A stretch of DNA of 64,000 nucleotides from Candidatus Omnitrophica bacterium UBA6253 (lineage in GTDB: Bacteria; Omnitrophota; Gorgyraeia; Gygaellales; Profunditerraquicolaceae), in the NCBI GenBank assembly GCA_002441245.1, contig DJVP01000001.1:1215-65214 (forward strand). The letters are read 5' to 3'. Position numbers and translations under genes: made by a program. The notes under the pieces are model-generated. The model ran no database searches and was not told where the DNA came from. It worked only from the letters and a program-made list of their open reading frames with translations. Shown piece by piece: positions 28,597-37,840 of the stretch; position 1 is the stretch's first letter; each line of letters opens with the position of its first letter.

Positions 28597-29029
28597 ACCC
28601 CGCGCAAGAAAAACTTCCAACATACAAAGTTCGCTTGCAGATTTCATCAGATTCAACAGGTTATCCGGAAGAACAAAAAACAGGGTTATTATTGTTTTTG
28701 ACGGGTATCCTCCTCATGGAGAAAAGATGCCTGAAGATGAATCGTTAGTCTGTGTGTTTTCGCGTATGATCGAGGCGGATGAAGTGATCAAAAGATTGGT
28801 GGAAAAATCCGGACAACCTAAGAATATTATCGTAGTTTCGGATGATAAAGGCATACAATCAGCTGTCAGGTCCTTAAGGGGCAGGGTTTCTACAGTTGAG
28901 GAGTTTATCTGTGGCAAAGAAAGTTTGAAGACATTTGATTCAGCTCTTCGGGAAAAATACGAAAGTAAAATTTCTTATTCTAAAATGCAGGCAATCAACG
29001 CAGAGCTTAAGAAAAAATGGCTGGAGTAA
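28541..29029 (+). CDS. NYN-domain (YacP/Rae1-like) predicted ribonuclease
   Basis: YIIDAYNIINH, VIIVFDGYPP and IIVVSDDKGIQ match the YacP-like NYN nuclease core. Confidence 0.6.
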   Translation: MSLQYIIDAYNIINHPQFRPRARKTSNIQSSLADFIRFNRLSGRTKNRVIIVFDGYPPHGEKMPEDESLVCVFSRMIEADEVIKRLVEKSGQPKNIIVVSDDKGIQSAVRSLRGRVSTVEEFICGKESLKTFDSALREKYESKISYSKMQAINAELKKKWLE

Positions 29030-29796
29030 AAGAAGAAAAGCCGAATTACATTAAATTTCTGGGTACTGCAGGGGCACGATTTGTGATGATTAAGCAGCTG
29101 CGTGCTTCCGGTGGATTATGGGTATCTTGCGGAGTGAATAATATCCTGATTGATCCCGGACCGGGAAGCATTGTGCACTGTGCTTCTAGCAGGCCGAGGC
29201 TTGATCCTGGAAAACTGGATGCCATTATCTTGACCCATCGTCATTTAGACCATGCTAATGATATTAATGTGATGATTGAGGCAATGACCGAAGGCGGGTT
29301 TAAAAAAAAGGGAGTAGTTTTTTGTCCCTCTGATGCAATTGGCGAGGATTCAGTTATTCTTAGGTATGCAATCAACTTTCCCAAGAAAATTCAGGTTATT
29401 AGGGCAAATCACGATTACCGGGTTGGGAATTTCAGTTTTACCACTTCCATGCGCCATATTCATCCCTGTCAGACCTACGGTTTGAAGTTTAAAATTGGCA
29501 AGACAAGCTTTGGTTTGATTACGGATACCAGGTATTTTCCTGATTTAGATGATTTTTATAAGACAGATATTCTAATTATTGCGGTGGTCTTTTATGAACC
29601 GCGCCAGGGCATAGATCATCTTAGCTTGAAAGAAGCAGAGGTGATTATCAGTAAGATAAGGCCCAGGAAAGCTGTGCTTACCCACTTTGGCATGACTATG
29701 CTTAAGGCTGACCCGCTATTCCAGGCGAAAAAATTATCCAGGGCTCTGGGTATTGAAGTAATTGCTGCTTACGATGGCATGAGATTGGATTTTTGA
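29017..29796 (+). CDS. MBL-fold metallo-hydrolase
   Basis: HRHLDHAND is the HxHxDH motif, and downstream His and Asp residues fit the family. The start overlaps the NYN gene by 13 nt. Confidence 0.6.
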   Translation: MAGVKEEKPNYIKFLGTAGARFVMIKQLRASGGLWVSCGVNNILIDPGPGSIVHCASSRPRLDPGKLDAIILTHRHLDHANDINVMIEAMTEGGFKKKGVVFCPSDAIGEDSVILRYAINFPKKIQVIRANHDYRVGNFSFTTSMRHIHPCQTYGLKFKIGKTSFGLITDTRYFPDLDDFYKTDILIIAVVFYEPRQGIDHLSLKEAEVIISKIRPRKAVLTHFGMTMLKADPLFQAKKLSRALGIEVIAAYDGMRLDF

Positions 29797-29870
29797 AGGG
29801 AATATTCTTGACATAGCTGTGTAGTTATGTTAAAGTTATTAAGTTATAACACTAAAAAAAGGAGGGAGAT

Positions 29871-30548
29871 ATGAGTAGTTGGCAAGTCGTTTTGCTTGAG
29901 CCAGCCAGAAGTGTGCTTACACAGATTAGCCAATTTATGGTTAATGTACTTTTGGTAATCGTTATCCTGATAATTGGCTGGTTGATTTCTAAATTGTTTA
30001 GGGCTATTGTGAGTAAAACCTTAAAAGCAATAAAACTTGATACGCTTTCCAGCAGGATAGAATTAGACAAGATACTTGATAAGGGCGGGATTACTTATTC
30101 GCTTTCCGATTTAATTGGAGTAATCTGCTATTGGCTCGGGCTTTTGGTTACTTTTATGGTCGCGATTAATGCCATAGGCCTTACTATAGCTGCTGAATTA
30201 TTGAATAAGGTCGTCCTTTATATCCCCAACGTTATTGCTGGGATATTTATTTTGATTATTGGTATGTTTGCTGCCACAGCCTTGAAGAATATTGTAAAGA
30301 CTGCTGCTAATAATGCCGGGCTTAGTCAAGGTAAATTGTTAGGGCAGGTCGTAGAAATAGTGGTTATGATTTTTACGGTGTTTGTAGGTTTGGAACAACT
30401 TAATATCGGCATACGCGTTACTGAGCTTACCGTAGCCATTTTCTTAGGTTCTTTTGGTTTAGCTTTGGCTTTAGCTTTTGGCCTTGGCTGTAGGGAAATA
30501 GCCGGAAAGCTTGTTGCTGAATTGGTGGAGAATTTAAAGAAGAAATAA
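29871..30548 (+). CDS. membrane protein with conserved TM-helix repeats (mechanosensitive-channel-associated TM_helix type)
   Basis: Repeated hydrophobic helix/loop units are present. The gene is preceded by a good promoter (TTGACA, 17-nt spacer, TAAAGT) and an AGGAGGGAG ribosome-binding site. Confidence 0.45.
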   Translation: MSSWQVVLLEPARSVLTQISQFMVNVLLVIVILIIGWLISKLFRAIVSKTLKAIKLDTLSSRIELDKILDKGGITYSLSDLIGVICYWLGLLVTFMVAINAIGLTIAAELLNKVVLYIPNVIAGIFILIIGMFAATALKNIVKTAANNAGLSQGKLLGQVVEIVVMIFTVFVGLEQLNIGIRVTELTVAIFLGSFGLALALAFGLGCREIAGKLVAELVENLKKK

Positions 30549-30572
30549 TGCAGTTCATTTCTATCAAAATTA

Positions 30573-30601
30573 AACCCCGCGCCGTTTTGGTGCGGGGTTT
30601 A
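30573..30601 (+). terminator. putative terminator hairpin
   Basis: AAACCCCGCGCC, a short loop, and GGTGCGGGGTTT form a GC-rich stem. The following T-tract is weak. Confidence 0.4.
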
Positions 30602-30667
30602 ATTTTATAAGTAAAATTTACGGATTCCTTGCTTGGCAGATTGCCTTGACCGGGAAGCGGAGAAGTT

Positions 30668-31639
30668 ATGAATAAAATAAAGAAGGTTATTTTTCCCTTG
30701 GTTACTTTGGCCCTATTTATATTTATGGGGGAAATGACGTTAAGAATTTTAAGATTTCCCGCAATATTGATAGATAGCAAAGTTAAGGCCCTTATCGAGT
30801 GCCGGAAAGAAACGGTTGCGTATTACAAGAAGTATGATTTTAATAAGCTGGGATTGCGGGGTAATAAAGAGACTTTGCCGAAGCAAAATGATGTGTATAG
30901 GATTGTCTGTATTGGAGATTCCTGGACATTTGGCTTAGGCGTTCCGGAAGATAAAAGTTATCCGGCTTTTTTAGGAGATTTGCTTAATAAGAGCTTGCCG
31001 GGGATGAAAATAGAGGTAGTCAATGCCGGGATCTCCAGTTATAGAGTTGAAGAAATAATTCATTTTCTTGAAATGAATATAAATGTTTTAACTCCGGATT
31101 GCATTATTTTCTTAGGTGGGTCAAGCGGCATAACGGCAGATGAAGTAGTAAACCCCTGGAATAATCGCTATTTAAACTTTTATTCTTCCAGGATAGGTTT
31201 ATTTTTATCGAAAAGTTACTTGTATAATGCATTATCAAATCTGGTATTGGATTTAAAGGGCCTACAATATTCCGAAAAGGATAGGGTCAGGGAAGGCATG
31301 GTGATTGCTTATTCTGCAGATTTATTAGATCGTTTACAGAAGGAGGGCAAGACCATTATCCTCCTGAATTATCCATTGCCCAAAATATCAAAAAGCATAC
31401 CGTATAATGTTTACCAGGGGCATAGTAGCCGGTCAATTGATTTGATGCTAAAAACTTTTATGAAGAAAAATTCAAATTTTGTTTTTATCGATTTATATAA
31501 CATTTTCAAGAAAATTGAAAATTGCAATGACTTATTTTTGAAAATGTGCCATACTCATCTTAACGAAGCAGGGTATAATGTTATGTCAAGGGCAATAGGC
31601 GCATATTTACGCCAAGAACCTCTCTTATTAAGAAAATAA
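30668..31639 (+). CDS. SGNH/GDSL-family hydrolase with an N-terminal signal anchor
   Basis: The GDS block VCIGDSWTFGLGV is present and the N-terminus is hydrophobic. Confidence 0.5.
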   Translation: MNKIKKVIFPLVTLALFIFMGEMTLRILRFPAILIDSKVKALIECRKETVAYYKKYDFNKLGLRGNKETLPKQNDVYRIVCIGDSWTFGLGVPEDKSYPAFLGDLLNKSLPGMKIEVVNAGISSYRVEEIIHFLEMNINVLTPDCIIFLGGSSGITADEVVNPWNNRYLNFYSSRIGLFLSKSYLYNALSNLVLDLKGLQYSEKDRVREGMVIAYSADLLDRLQKEGKTIILLNYPLPKISKSIPYNVYQGHSSRSIDLMLKTFMKKNSNFVFIDLYNIFKKIENCNDLFLKMCHTHLNEAGYNVMSRAIGAYLRQEPLLLRK

Positions 31640-31837
31640 ATTAAATAGAAAAACTGCATTGATGATTTCTGCGCTGTTTGGTGGTGGAATGCCTTGAATG
31701 GGGGAAACCTGCGGGGTTGCAACTATCGCTTTTATGGCTATCGGGTTGTTTGCAGGGAACTGCTTGGGTATGATATAATACTATTTGCCCGAAGCTGGTG
31801 AAAAGTGCAGCATAAATTCTTGAGGAGGTTTTATAAA

Positions 31838-32599
31838 ATGAAACAATGGTATGAGTCATTATTTGATAATTACGCACAGAAGTATGACCAAGAGTGCTAT
31901 GTACATGGAACATCTGGGGAATGTGATTCTATTGAACAGGAGATAAACCGCGATAAATCAATAAAAATTCTGGATATCGGTTGCGGTACCGGCCGCCATG
32001 CTATTGAGTTGGCAAAAAGAGGGTATCAAGTAATGGGAATCGATCTATCCGAGTCGCAGCTTAAGAGGGCCAGAGAGAAAGCAAAAGAGCAAGGAGTGAA
32101 GATCGACTTCCAGAAGCATGATGCAAGAAACCTTCCTTTCAAAGGCGATTTCGATCTGGCAATCATGCTCTGTGAGGGCGGTTTTTCTTTGATGGAAACG
32201 GATGAAATGAATTTTGAAATACTTAAAGCTGCAACCAGGTCATTAAAAAATAACGGGAAGTTTATATTCACCACATTAAACGGATTGTTTCCGCTGTTAC
32301 ATTCGGTAAAGGAATTTTATGGTTCGGCGGGTAAAGAAGGGGGTTCGGTTTGTAAAAGCATATCCTTCGATTTAATGACCTTTCGCGATCATAATCGCGT
32401 TGAATTTGAAGATGATGCGGGAAATAAGAAAGTATTGGAATGCAATGAACGATGTTATGTCCCCAGCGAAATCACCTGGCTGCTCCATTCGCTTGGATAT
32501 AAGAAGATAGAGATTTTTGGAGCTAAGCTTGGGGCTTATTCAAGGAAAGATAAATTAACTACAGAAGATTTTGAAATGCTTGTTATCGCGGAGAAATGA
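31838..32599 (+). CDS. class I SAM-dependent methyltransferase
   Basis: ILDIGCGTGRHAIELAKRGYQVMGIDLSE is motif I plus the acidic loop. GAGGAGG lies upstream of the ATG at 31838. The track ORF starts at an upstream GTG. Confidence 0.65.
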   Translation: MKQWYESLFDNYAQKYDQECYVHGTSGECDSIEQEINRDKSIKILDIGCGTGRHAIELAKRGYQVMGIDLSESQLKRAREKAKEQGVKIDFQKHDARNLPFKGDFDLAIMLCEGGFSLMETDEMNFEILKAATRSLKNNGKFIFTTLNGLFPLLHSVKEFYGSAGKEGGSVCKSISFDLMTFRDHNRVEFEDDAGNKKVLECNERCYVPSEITWLLHSLGYKKIEIFGAKLGAYSRKDKLTTEDFEMLVIAEK

Positions 32600-33729
32600 A
32601 AGAAGATAAGAAAAAGGTTTTCATCAAAAATTTTGGATGTCAAATGAATGTGCGGGATTCCGAGGTAATCTGCGGGTTGTTGAAGAACGCCGGTTATAAA
32701 ATTTGTGCTTCTGACCTACAGGCGGATATTATTATATTTAATACCTGTTCTGTACGCCAGCATGCCGAGGATAGGGTATGGAGCCTGATTGGAAGCTATA
32801 AAGGATCAAAGATTATTGGTTTAGCAGGTTGTATGGCACAGAATTATAAAGAACGCGTATTCCAACGCGATACAAATGTCGATTTTGTTGTTGGGCCGCA
32901 GGATATCCATAAGATCCCTGAAATTCTAAATAAGTTTACTTCCAGGGATTTCTTTGAGCGCAAGATCTGGGAGGTGGATACCCTGATGCGGCCGGAAGAG
33001 GTCTATCTAACGGGGTTCCTGCAAGATAAAGATCATGCGTATGTGGTTATTTCCGAGGGGTGTTCTAATTTTTGTTCTTATTGTGTAGTTCCGTATGTGC
33101 GTGGACCTTTACGCCACCGGAAAAATAAAAACATACTTGTTGAAATTCAAAAAGCTATTGCAAGCGGGGTAACAAGGATTACTCTCTTGGGGCAGAATGT
33201 TAATGCCTATTGCGATGATGGAATTAATTTCACAAAACTATTGACCCGGGTTAATGCGCTAAAAGGTCTGAAAAAGCTCACCTTCTTTACCTCTCACCCT
33301 AAAGATGCTAATATTGATTTTTTTAAGACTATACGTGATTTGGACAAATTGGTTAAATCGCTGCATCTGCCTATACAGTCGGGTGCAGATAAGATCCTTA
33401 AGCTTATGAATAGGGGGTATTCGGTAAAAGAATACTTGGTTTTAATTGATTCTTATCGTAAAATTGTTGAGGGGGGAGTTTTAACAACAGATATTATTGT
33501 AGGATTTCCCACTGAGACCGATAAAGAGTTTAAGGCAACTTGTGATTTGGTGGAAAAGGTAAGGTTTAATGCCGCTTACATTTTTAAATATTCTCCCAGG
33601 CCGAACACAGAAGCAATGAAGTTAGCTGACGGCTTGACTAAAGAGGAAAAAGAAAAACGGCATAAGAAAATTCTTGATTTACAGAGAGGGATTTCGAACA
33701 AGTTTAAGCCTGTATATGCAAAAATTTAA
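32596..33729 (+). CDS. miaB: tRNA-2-methylthio-N6-dimethylallyladenosine synthase-like methylthiotransferase (MiaB family), apparently lacking a C-terminal TRAM domain
   Basis: The UPF0004 N-terminus FIKNFGCQMNVRDSEV is MiaB-like. The radical-SAM motif is CSNFCSYC. The protein ends at 377 aa without a TRAM domain. Confidence 0.7.
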   Translation: MKEDKKKVFIKNFGCQMNVRDSEVICGLLKNAGYKICASDLQADIIIFNTCSVRQHAEDRVWSLIGSYKGSKIIGLAGCMAQNYKERVFQRDTNVDFVVGPQDIHKIPEILNKFTSRDFFERKIWEVDTLMRPEEVYLTGFLQDKDHAYVVISEGCSNFCSYCVVPYVRGPLRHRKNKNILVEIQKAIASGVTRITLLGQNVNAYCDDGINFTKLLTRVNALKGLKKLTFFTSHPKDANIDFFKTIRDLDKLVKSLHLPIQSGADKILKLMNRGYSVKEYLVLIDSYRKIVEGGVLTTDIIVGFPTETDKEFKATCDLVEKVRFNAAYIFKYSPRPNTEAMKLADGLTKEEKEKRHKKILDLQRGISNKFKPVYAKI

Positions 33730-34474
33730 AGTTAACTTTATAATTTTATTAATTCTTATTCTTCCTGCCGGCGGTTGGGCAGCTAACCTGGATACTTTAA
33801 AAGCTGACTTTCTGCAAGGAAACTACCGCAGGGTTATACTTGAAGGGCTTGCTCAGGCAGGACGCTTTAATATCCAGGGTGCGGATGAATTAAATTATTT
33901 ATTAGGTTTGAGTTATTTAAAGGAAGATAGGCTGGAGCAGGCGCAAGACTGTTTCCGGAGCATCTTAAGCAATCCTATCAGTAAATTTAAGGAACAGGCG
34001 GCCGTAGCTTCAGCGGATGTTTATTTAATTAAAGGGCAGTTCCGGGATGCAGAAGATGTTTACAATAAACTACTCGAAGATAACCCTAATACCAGCTTAA
34101 GGGCAGGAATATTGTATCGTTTAAGCCAGTCAGGTTATAGAAAAGGGAATAAGGAACAGTTTAATGAATATTTATTGAAGCTAAAAAGAGATTTCCCTTT
34201 AAGCCTTGAATTAAGATCTAACAGGGGCATACCGCGCAATGGGCCACTCTTAAATGAAATTGGCTGTTTTTCAGTACAGGTGGGTTTCTTTGTAAAAAGC
34301 CTAAATGCCATTAATTTTAAGGATAAACTTCTGGCTATGGGGTACCCAGTTTATGTGGAAGGCTCCAACGAAGGCTACCGGGTTAAAGTAGGCAGGTTTA
34401 AAACACAGGCGGAGGCTCTAGATGCAGAAAATAAGCTTTCCCGTGAAGGTTTTTCAACCAAGCTCTGTCCATAG
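33716..34474 (+). CDS. TPR-repeat protein with a C-terminal SPOR (peptidoglycan-binding) domain
   Basis: A signal peptide (MQKFKVNFIILLILILPAGGWA) is followed by TPR-like repeats. The C-terminus FSVQVGFFVKSLNAINFKDKLLAMGYPVYVEGSNEGYRVKVGRFKTQAEA is typical of SPOR domains. Confidence 0.55.
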   Translation: MQKFKVNFIILLILILPAGGWAANLDTLKADFLQGNYRRVILEGLAQAGRFNIQGADELNYLLGLSYLKEDRLEQAQDCFRSILSNPISKFKEQAAVASADVYLIKGQFRDAEDVYNKLLEDNPNTSLRAGILYRLSQSGYRKGNKEQFNEYLLKLKRDFPLSLELRSNRGIPRNGPLLNEIGCFSVQVGFFVKSLNAINFKDKLLAMGYPVYVEGSNEGYRVKVGRFKTQAEALDAENKLSREGFSTKLCP

Positions 34475-34480
34475 TATTTT

Positions 34481-35401
34481 ATGCTCAAAAAAAAGATTTT
34501 CTTCCTTATTGGCCCTACCGCTATAGGTAAAACTCTTATTGCAATCCATTTGGCTAAGAAGATTAATGCCGAGATTATTTCCTGTGATTCCATGCAGGTA
34601 TATAGCTCGATGGATATCGTTACTTCTCAGCCAGCTTATGCGCAGAGGAAAAAGGTAAAACATCATTTGCTTGGAGTAATTAATCCCGCCAAAGAATACA
34701 ATGTATCCAGGTATCGAAAAGATGCTTTGTCCATTTGCAGCCAATTATTCTCAAAAGGCAAGATTCCGCTTTTTGTAGGCGGAAGCGGTCTTTATTATTC
34801 CATTGTAATTGACGGGCTTTTTCCCGCCGCACCGGAAGATAAGCTAATTCGCGCAAAGCTCTACAAACAGTTATCTCTTAAAGGAAATAGGTATTTGTAT
34901 GAGAAACTGGCTAAAATTGATCCTTTATCCGCCAGAAGGATCCATCCAAATGATAGCAGAAGGATTATTCGTTCTTTAGAAGTCTATATGAAAACAGGGA
35001 TGCCCTTATCTGTTTTACAAAAGGGCAGGGTTGGTTTGGGTGCAGGTTATGAAATTAAAATACTTGCCTTAAACATGGATAGGCAGGCTCTTTATAATAA
35101 AATAGACCAAAGGGTCAGTAAGATGTTTAGGGCTGGTTTAATTAAAGAGGTCAGCCGGTTACTCAAACATAAATTAAGCAGGACTGCCAAATGTGCCATC
35201 GGGATCCGTGAATTGGAGGGATATTTTAACGGGGAGTATTCTTTGAAGGAGGCTAAACGCCTTATCCAGCGTAACAGCAGGCACTATGCCAAGCGCCAGC
35301 TCACTTGGTTCAGGAGGGACAAGCGTATCCAGTGGATTGTTATTAAGGATAAAGAAACGCATAGGGAGGTTGCCAGGCGCATATGGAAAAAGCTCTCTTA
35401 G
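34481..35401 (+). CDS. miaA: tRNA dimethylallyltransferase
   Basis: The P-loop FLIGPTAIGKT and motifs DSMQVYSSMDIVT and HYAKRQLTWF are present. Confidence 0.85.
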   Translation: MLKKKIFFLIGPTAIGKTLIAIHLAKKINAEIISCDSMQVYSSMDIVTSQPAYAQRKKVKHHLLGVINPAKEYNVSRYRKDALSICSQLFSKGKIPLFVGGSGLYYSIVIDGLFPAAPEDKLIRAKLYKQLSLKGNRYLYEKLAKIDPLSARRIHPNDSRRIIRSLEVYMKTGMPLSVLQKGRVGLGAGYEIKILALNMDRQALYNKIDQRVSKMFRAGLIKEVSRLLKHKLSRTAKCAIGIRELEGYFNGEYSLKEAKRLIQRNSRHYAKRQLTWFRRDKRIQWIVIKDKETHREVARRIWKKLS

Positions 35402-36642
35402 TCAGTATTCAAATAAAGACAGATAAGCATCGCTGGCGTATTGAAGATATCTCTTCGGAATTGGAGGAGTTGGCTGTTTCAGCCGGTGTTGAGGTTGTTG
35501 AGAATATAATCTGTATTTGCGATAAGGTTACTGCAAATTATCTTATTGGCAAAGGTAAGGTTGAGGAGATTAGCGTGATCGCCAGCGAAGAGGCTGTGGA
35601 TACAGTAATCTTCAGCCATGATCTATCCGGGACTCAGCAGCGCAATCTGGAAGAAGCGCTCGGCAGAAAAACGATTGACCGTACGCAGCTGATTCTTGAT
35701 ATTTTTAGCCGGCGCGCCAAAAGCCCTGAAGGAAAAATGCAGGTGGAGCTGGCATTGCTCCAGTATTTGCTTCCACGATTGGTGGGTAAAGGGGTAATGC
35801 TTTCACGCTTAGGCGGAGGGATTGGTACCCGGGGACCCGGTGAAACTAAACTTGAGGTTGACCGCCGCCAGGTCAGAAAAAGGATAGATAAGTTGAAAAA
35901 TGATTTAGAGTCGTTCAGGTCGCATCGCCTGACCACTCATAAAAAACGTAAAGGTAATAATTTGCCTTTGGTGGCTTTAGTTGGCTACACCAGTGCAGGC
36001 AAGTCTACGTTACTTAACCGCCTTACCGATGCTGCGCAAACTACTTCGGAGAAATTATTTACTACCCTGGATCCGCTTTCCAAGAGTTTGCAGTTGCCCA
36101 ATGGGCAAAATATAATTATCTCTGATACTGTTGGATTTTTACATGAGCTCCCGCATCATCTTATTGAGGCATTCAAAGCTACGCTGGAAGAGGTTTCTGA
36201 CGCGGATTTATTAATCCATGTTTTAGATGCTTCTGACCAGCGTATGCATCAACACAATCAGTCTGTGCAGGGTGTCTTGGATGAATTGGGGCTAAAAGAT
36301 AAGCCTGTACTGGTGGCGTTAAACAAAATAGATTTGATTTCTGATCGTAGTTGGCTGGAAGTTTGCAGGAATGAATTTTCCGGAGCGGTTATTTTATCAG
36401 CCAGGACGGGAGAGAATCTGGAAGCATTAATTGAGCGAATACAAGGATATTTCTCCAGCCTTATGTTAAACTTAAAGATAATTATACCTCATAGCCGCAT
36501 GGAGTTGGTCGATTTCTTTTATCGCCAGGCCAAGGTAGATAAAATTGACTATTTGCAAAAGGGAATTTCTATAAACCTTAGGATACCCCGGGGGCTATTC
36601 ACTAAAATAAATAAAGATAAAGATATCCGGGTTATCTGTTAG
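35383..36642 (+). CDS. hflX: GTPase HflX
   Basis: The HflX N-domain precedes a GTPase domain with G1 GYTSAGKST, TLDP and G4 NKID. Confidence 0.85.
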   Translation: MEKALLVSIQIKTDKHRWRIEDISSELEELAVSAGVEVVENIICICDKVTANYLIGKGKVEEISVIASEEAVDTVIFSHDLSGTQQRNLEEALGRKTIDRTQLILDIFSRRAKSPEGKMQVELALLQYLLPRLVGKGVMLSRLGGGIGTRGPGETKLEVDRRQVRKRIDKLKNDLESFRSHRLTTHKKRKGNNLPLVALVGYTSAGKSTLLNRLTDAAQTTSEKLFTTLDPLSKSLQLPNGQNIIISDTVGFLHELPHHLIEAFKATLEEVSDADLLIHVLDASDQRMHQHNQSVQGVLDELGLKDKPVLVALNKIDLISDRSWLEVCRNEFSGAVILSARTGENLEALIERIQGYFSSLMLNLKIIIPHSRMELVDFFYRQAKVDKIDYLQKGISINLRIPRGLFTKINKDKDIRVIC

Positions 36643-36720
36643 GTTATCTAACAAAAATAATTATTTTACTTGACAGTAGGTTGATATTGTGTTAAGCTTA
36701 TTACGCGGGAGGGGGCAAGA

Positions 36721-36978
36721 ATGCCAGTATTCAGTCTCAAGATAGGCCCTGAAGAACCGGTTTATGTAATCGGTGTGGTTTGTAAACTGGTTGATATTCC
36801 TATTTGGACCTTGCGCCAGTTAGATAAAGCTGGAGTGGTCCGTCCAAAACGAATAGGCAGGAAAAACCGGTTATATTCTTTGCGGGACTTAAAAAGGCTA
36901 GAGTATGTGCATTATCTTATGCAGAAAAAACGCGTGAATATCCATGGAGTAAAAATTATTCTAGAAAAGGAGGGGTGA
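36721..36978 (+). CDS. MerR-family helix-turn-helix protein, possibly an HspR-like heat-shock regulator
   Basis: VYVIGVVCKLVDIPIWTLRQLDKAGVVRP resembles a MerR-type helix-turn-helix. The gene sits directly upstream of the hrcA-grpE-dnaK-dnaJ operon. Confidence 0.4.
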   Translation: MPVFSLKIGPEEPVYVIGVVCKLVDIPIWTLRQLDKAGVVRPKRIGRKNRLYSLRDLKRLEYVHYLMQKKRVNIHGVKIILEKEG

Positions 36979-36996
36979 AATTTTTTTAGTCAGTTA

Positions 36997-37023
36997 TTAG
37001 CACTCTCTATATTTAAGTGCTAA
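36997..37023 (+). promoter_or_regulatory. CIRCE element (HrcA operator)
   Basis: TTAGCACTC, a 9-nt spacer (tctatattt), and AAGTGCTAA match the consensus TTAGCACTC-N9-GAGTGCTAA with one mismatch. It lies immediately upstream of hrcA and a TTGACA-N17-TAAAAT promoter at 37031 onward. Confidence 0.8.
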
Positions 37024-37103
37024 TTTTGTTGACAAAACAGCAAATTGTGTTAAAATTACGCTTTAGCATTAATACTCAGAGAGCAGTAACAGGAGGCGAA
37101 GAT

Positions 37104-37838
37104 TTGCGTAATGTTGATTATAGCTCCCGCAGAAAATCAATTTTAAACTCGGCTATCAACCGGTATATCAAGAATGCAGTACCGGTGGCCTCCGAAGATA
37201 TTGCCGATGAGTTTGATTTGAGTTCGGCAACTATAAGGAATATATTTTCTGAACTTGATGAGTCCGGATATTTAAAGCATCCATATACCTCAGGGGGCAG
37301 GATCCCTACTGATAAAGGCTACCGCTATTATGTGGATTTTCTTGTTCAGCAGATTGAGCTTCTCGATGAAGAAAAGAAGCGTATTCTCAAGGAGTGTAAA
37401 AAGAAGATCCGCCGGTTAGATGATGCCTTGGAGAATACTTCCGAAGTGATTTCCGAGATTACGCATTATGCTGGCATTGTTTCGTTTCTTGAGTGGCAGG
37501 ACAAGATTTTCTATAACGGGATTAGCCGCATATTAGATCAGCCGGAATTCAAGGATGTTGATAAAATACGGCTGTTGGTTAGGCTTATGGAGGATAAAGG
37601 CCGGTTGCTGAGTATTATTAACCGCGATTTTTCCGGCAAGGTGAAGATTTATATTGGAAGCGAATTGGGGTTTCCTGAGATGGAGAGCTGTTCTTTAATA
37701 GTCACTAGTTATAAATTAAAGGATCAGCCGTCCGGCCGGATTGCTGTTTTAGGGCCGGTGCGCATGGAGTATAACCATATAATTCCTGTTTTAGAATATG
37801 TTTCTGATGTTTTAACGGATGTACTTAGCACAATTTAA
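37104..37838 (+). CDS. hrcA: heat-inducible transcription repressor HrcA
   Basis: The HrcA N-terminal wHTH (SRRKSILNSAINRYIKNAVPVASEDIADEF) and a C-terminal HrcA domain are present. The start is proposed at TTG 37104, which has AGGAGG 7 nt upstream. The track ORF begins at 37017 inside the CIRCE element. Confidence 0.75.
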   Translation: MRNVDYSSRRKSILNSAINRYIKNAVPVASEDIADEFDLSSATIRNIFSELDESGYLKHPYTSGGRIPTDKGYRYYVDFLVQQIELLDEEKKRILKECKKKIRRLDDALENTSEVISEITHYAGIVSFLEWQDKIFYNGISRILDQPEFKDVDKIRLLVRLMEDKGRLLSIINRDFSGKVKIYIGSELGFPEMESCSLIVTSYKLKDQPSGRIAVLGPVRMEYNHIIPVLEYVSDVLTDVLSTI

Positions 37839-37840
37839 AA

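Noticed and set aside
31641-31913. A 90-aa minus-strand ORF covering the intergenic region upstream of the methyltransferase gene
   Set aside because: It has no ribosome-binding site, no recognisable fold and His/Ser-rich odd composition. It overlaps the + strand promoter and gene start, so it is more likely non-coding.
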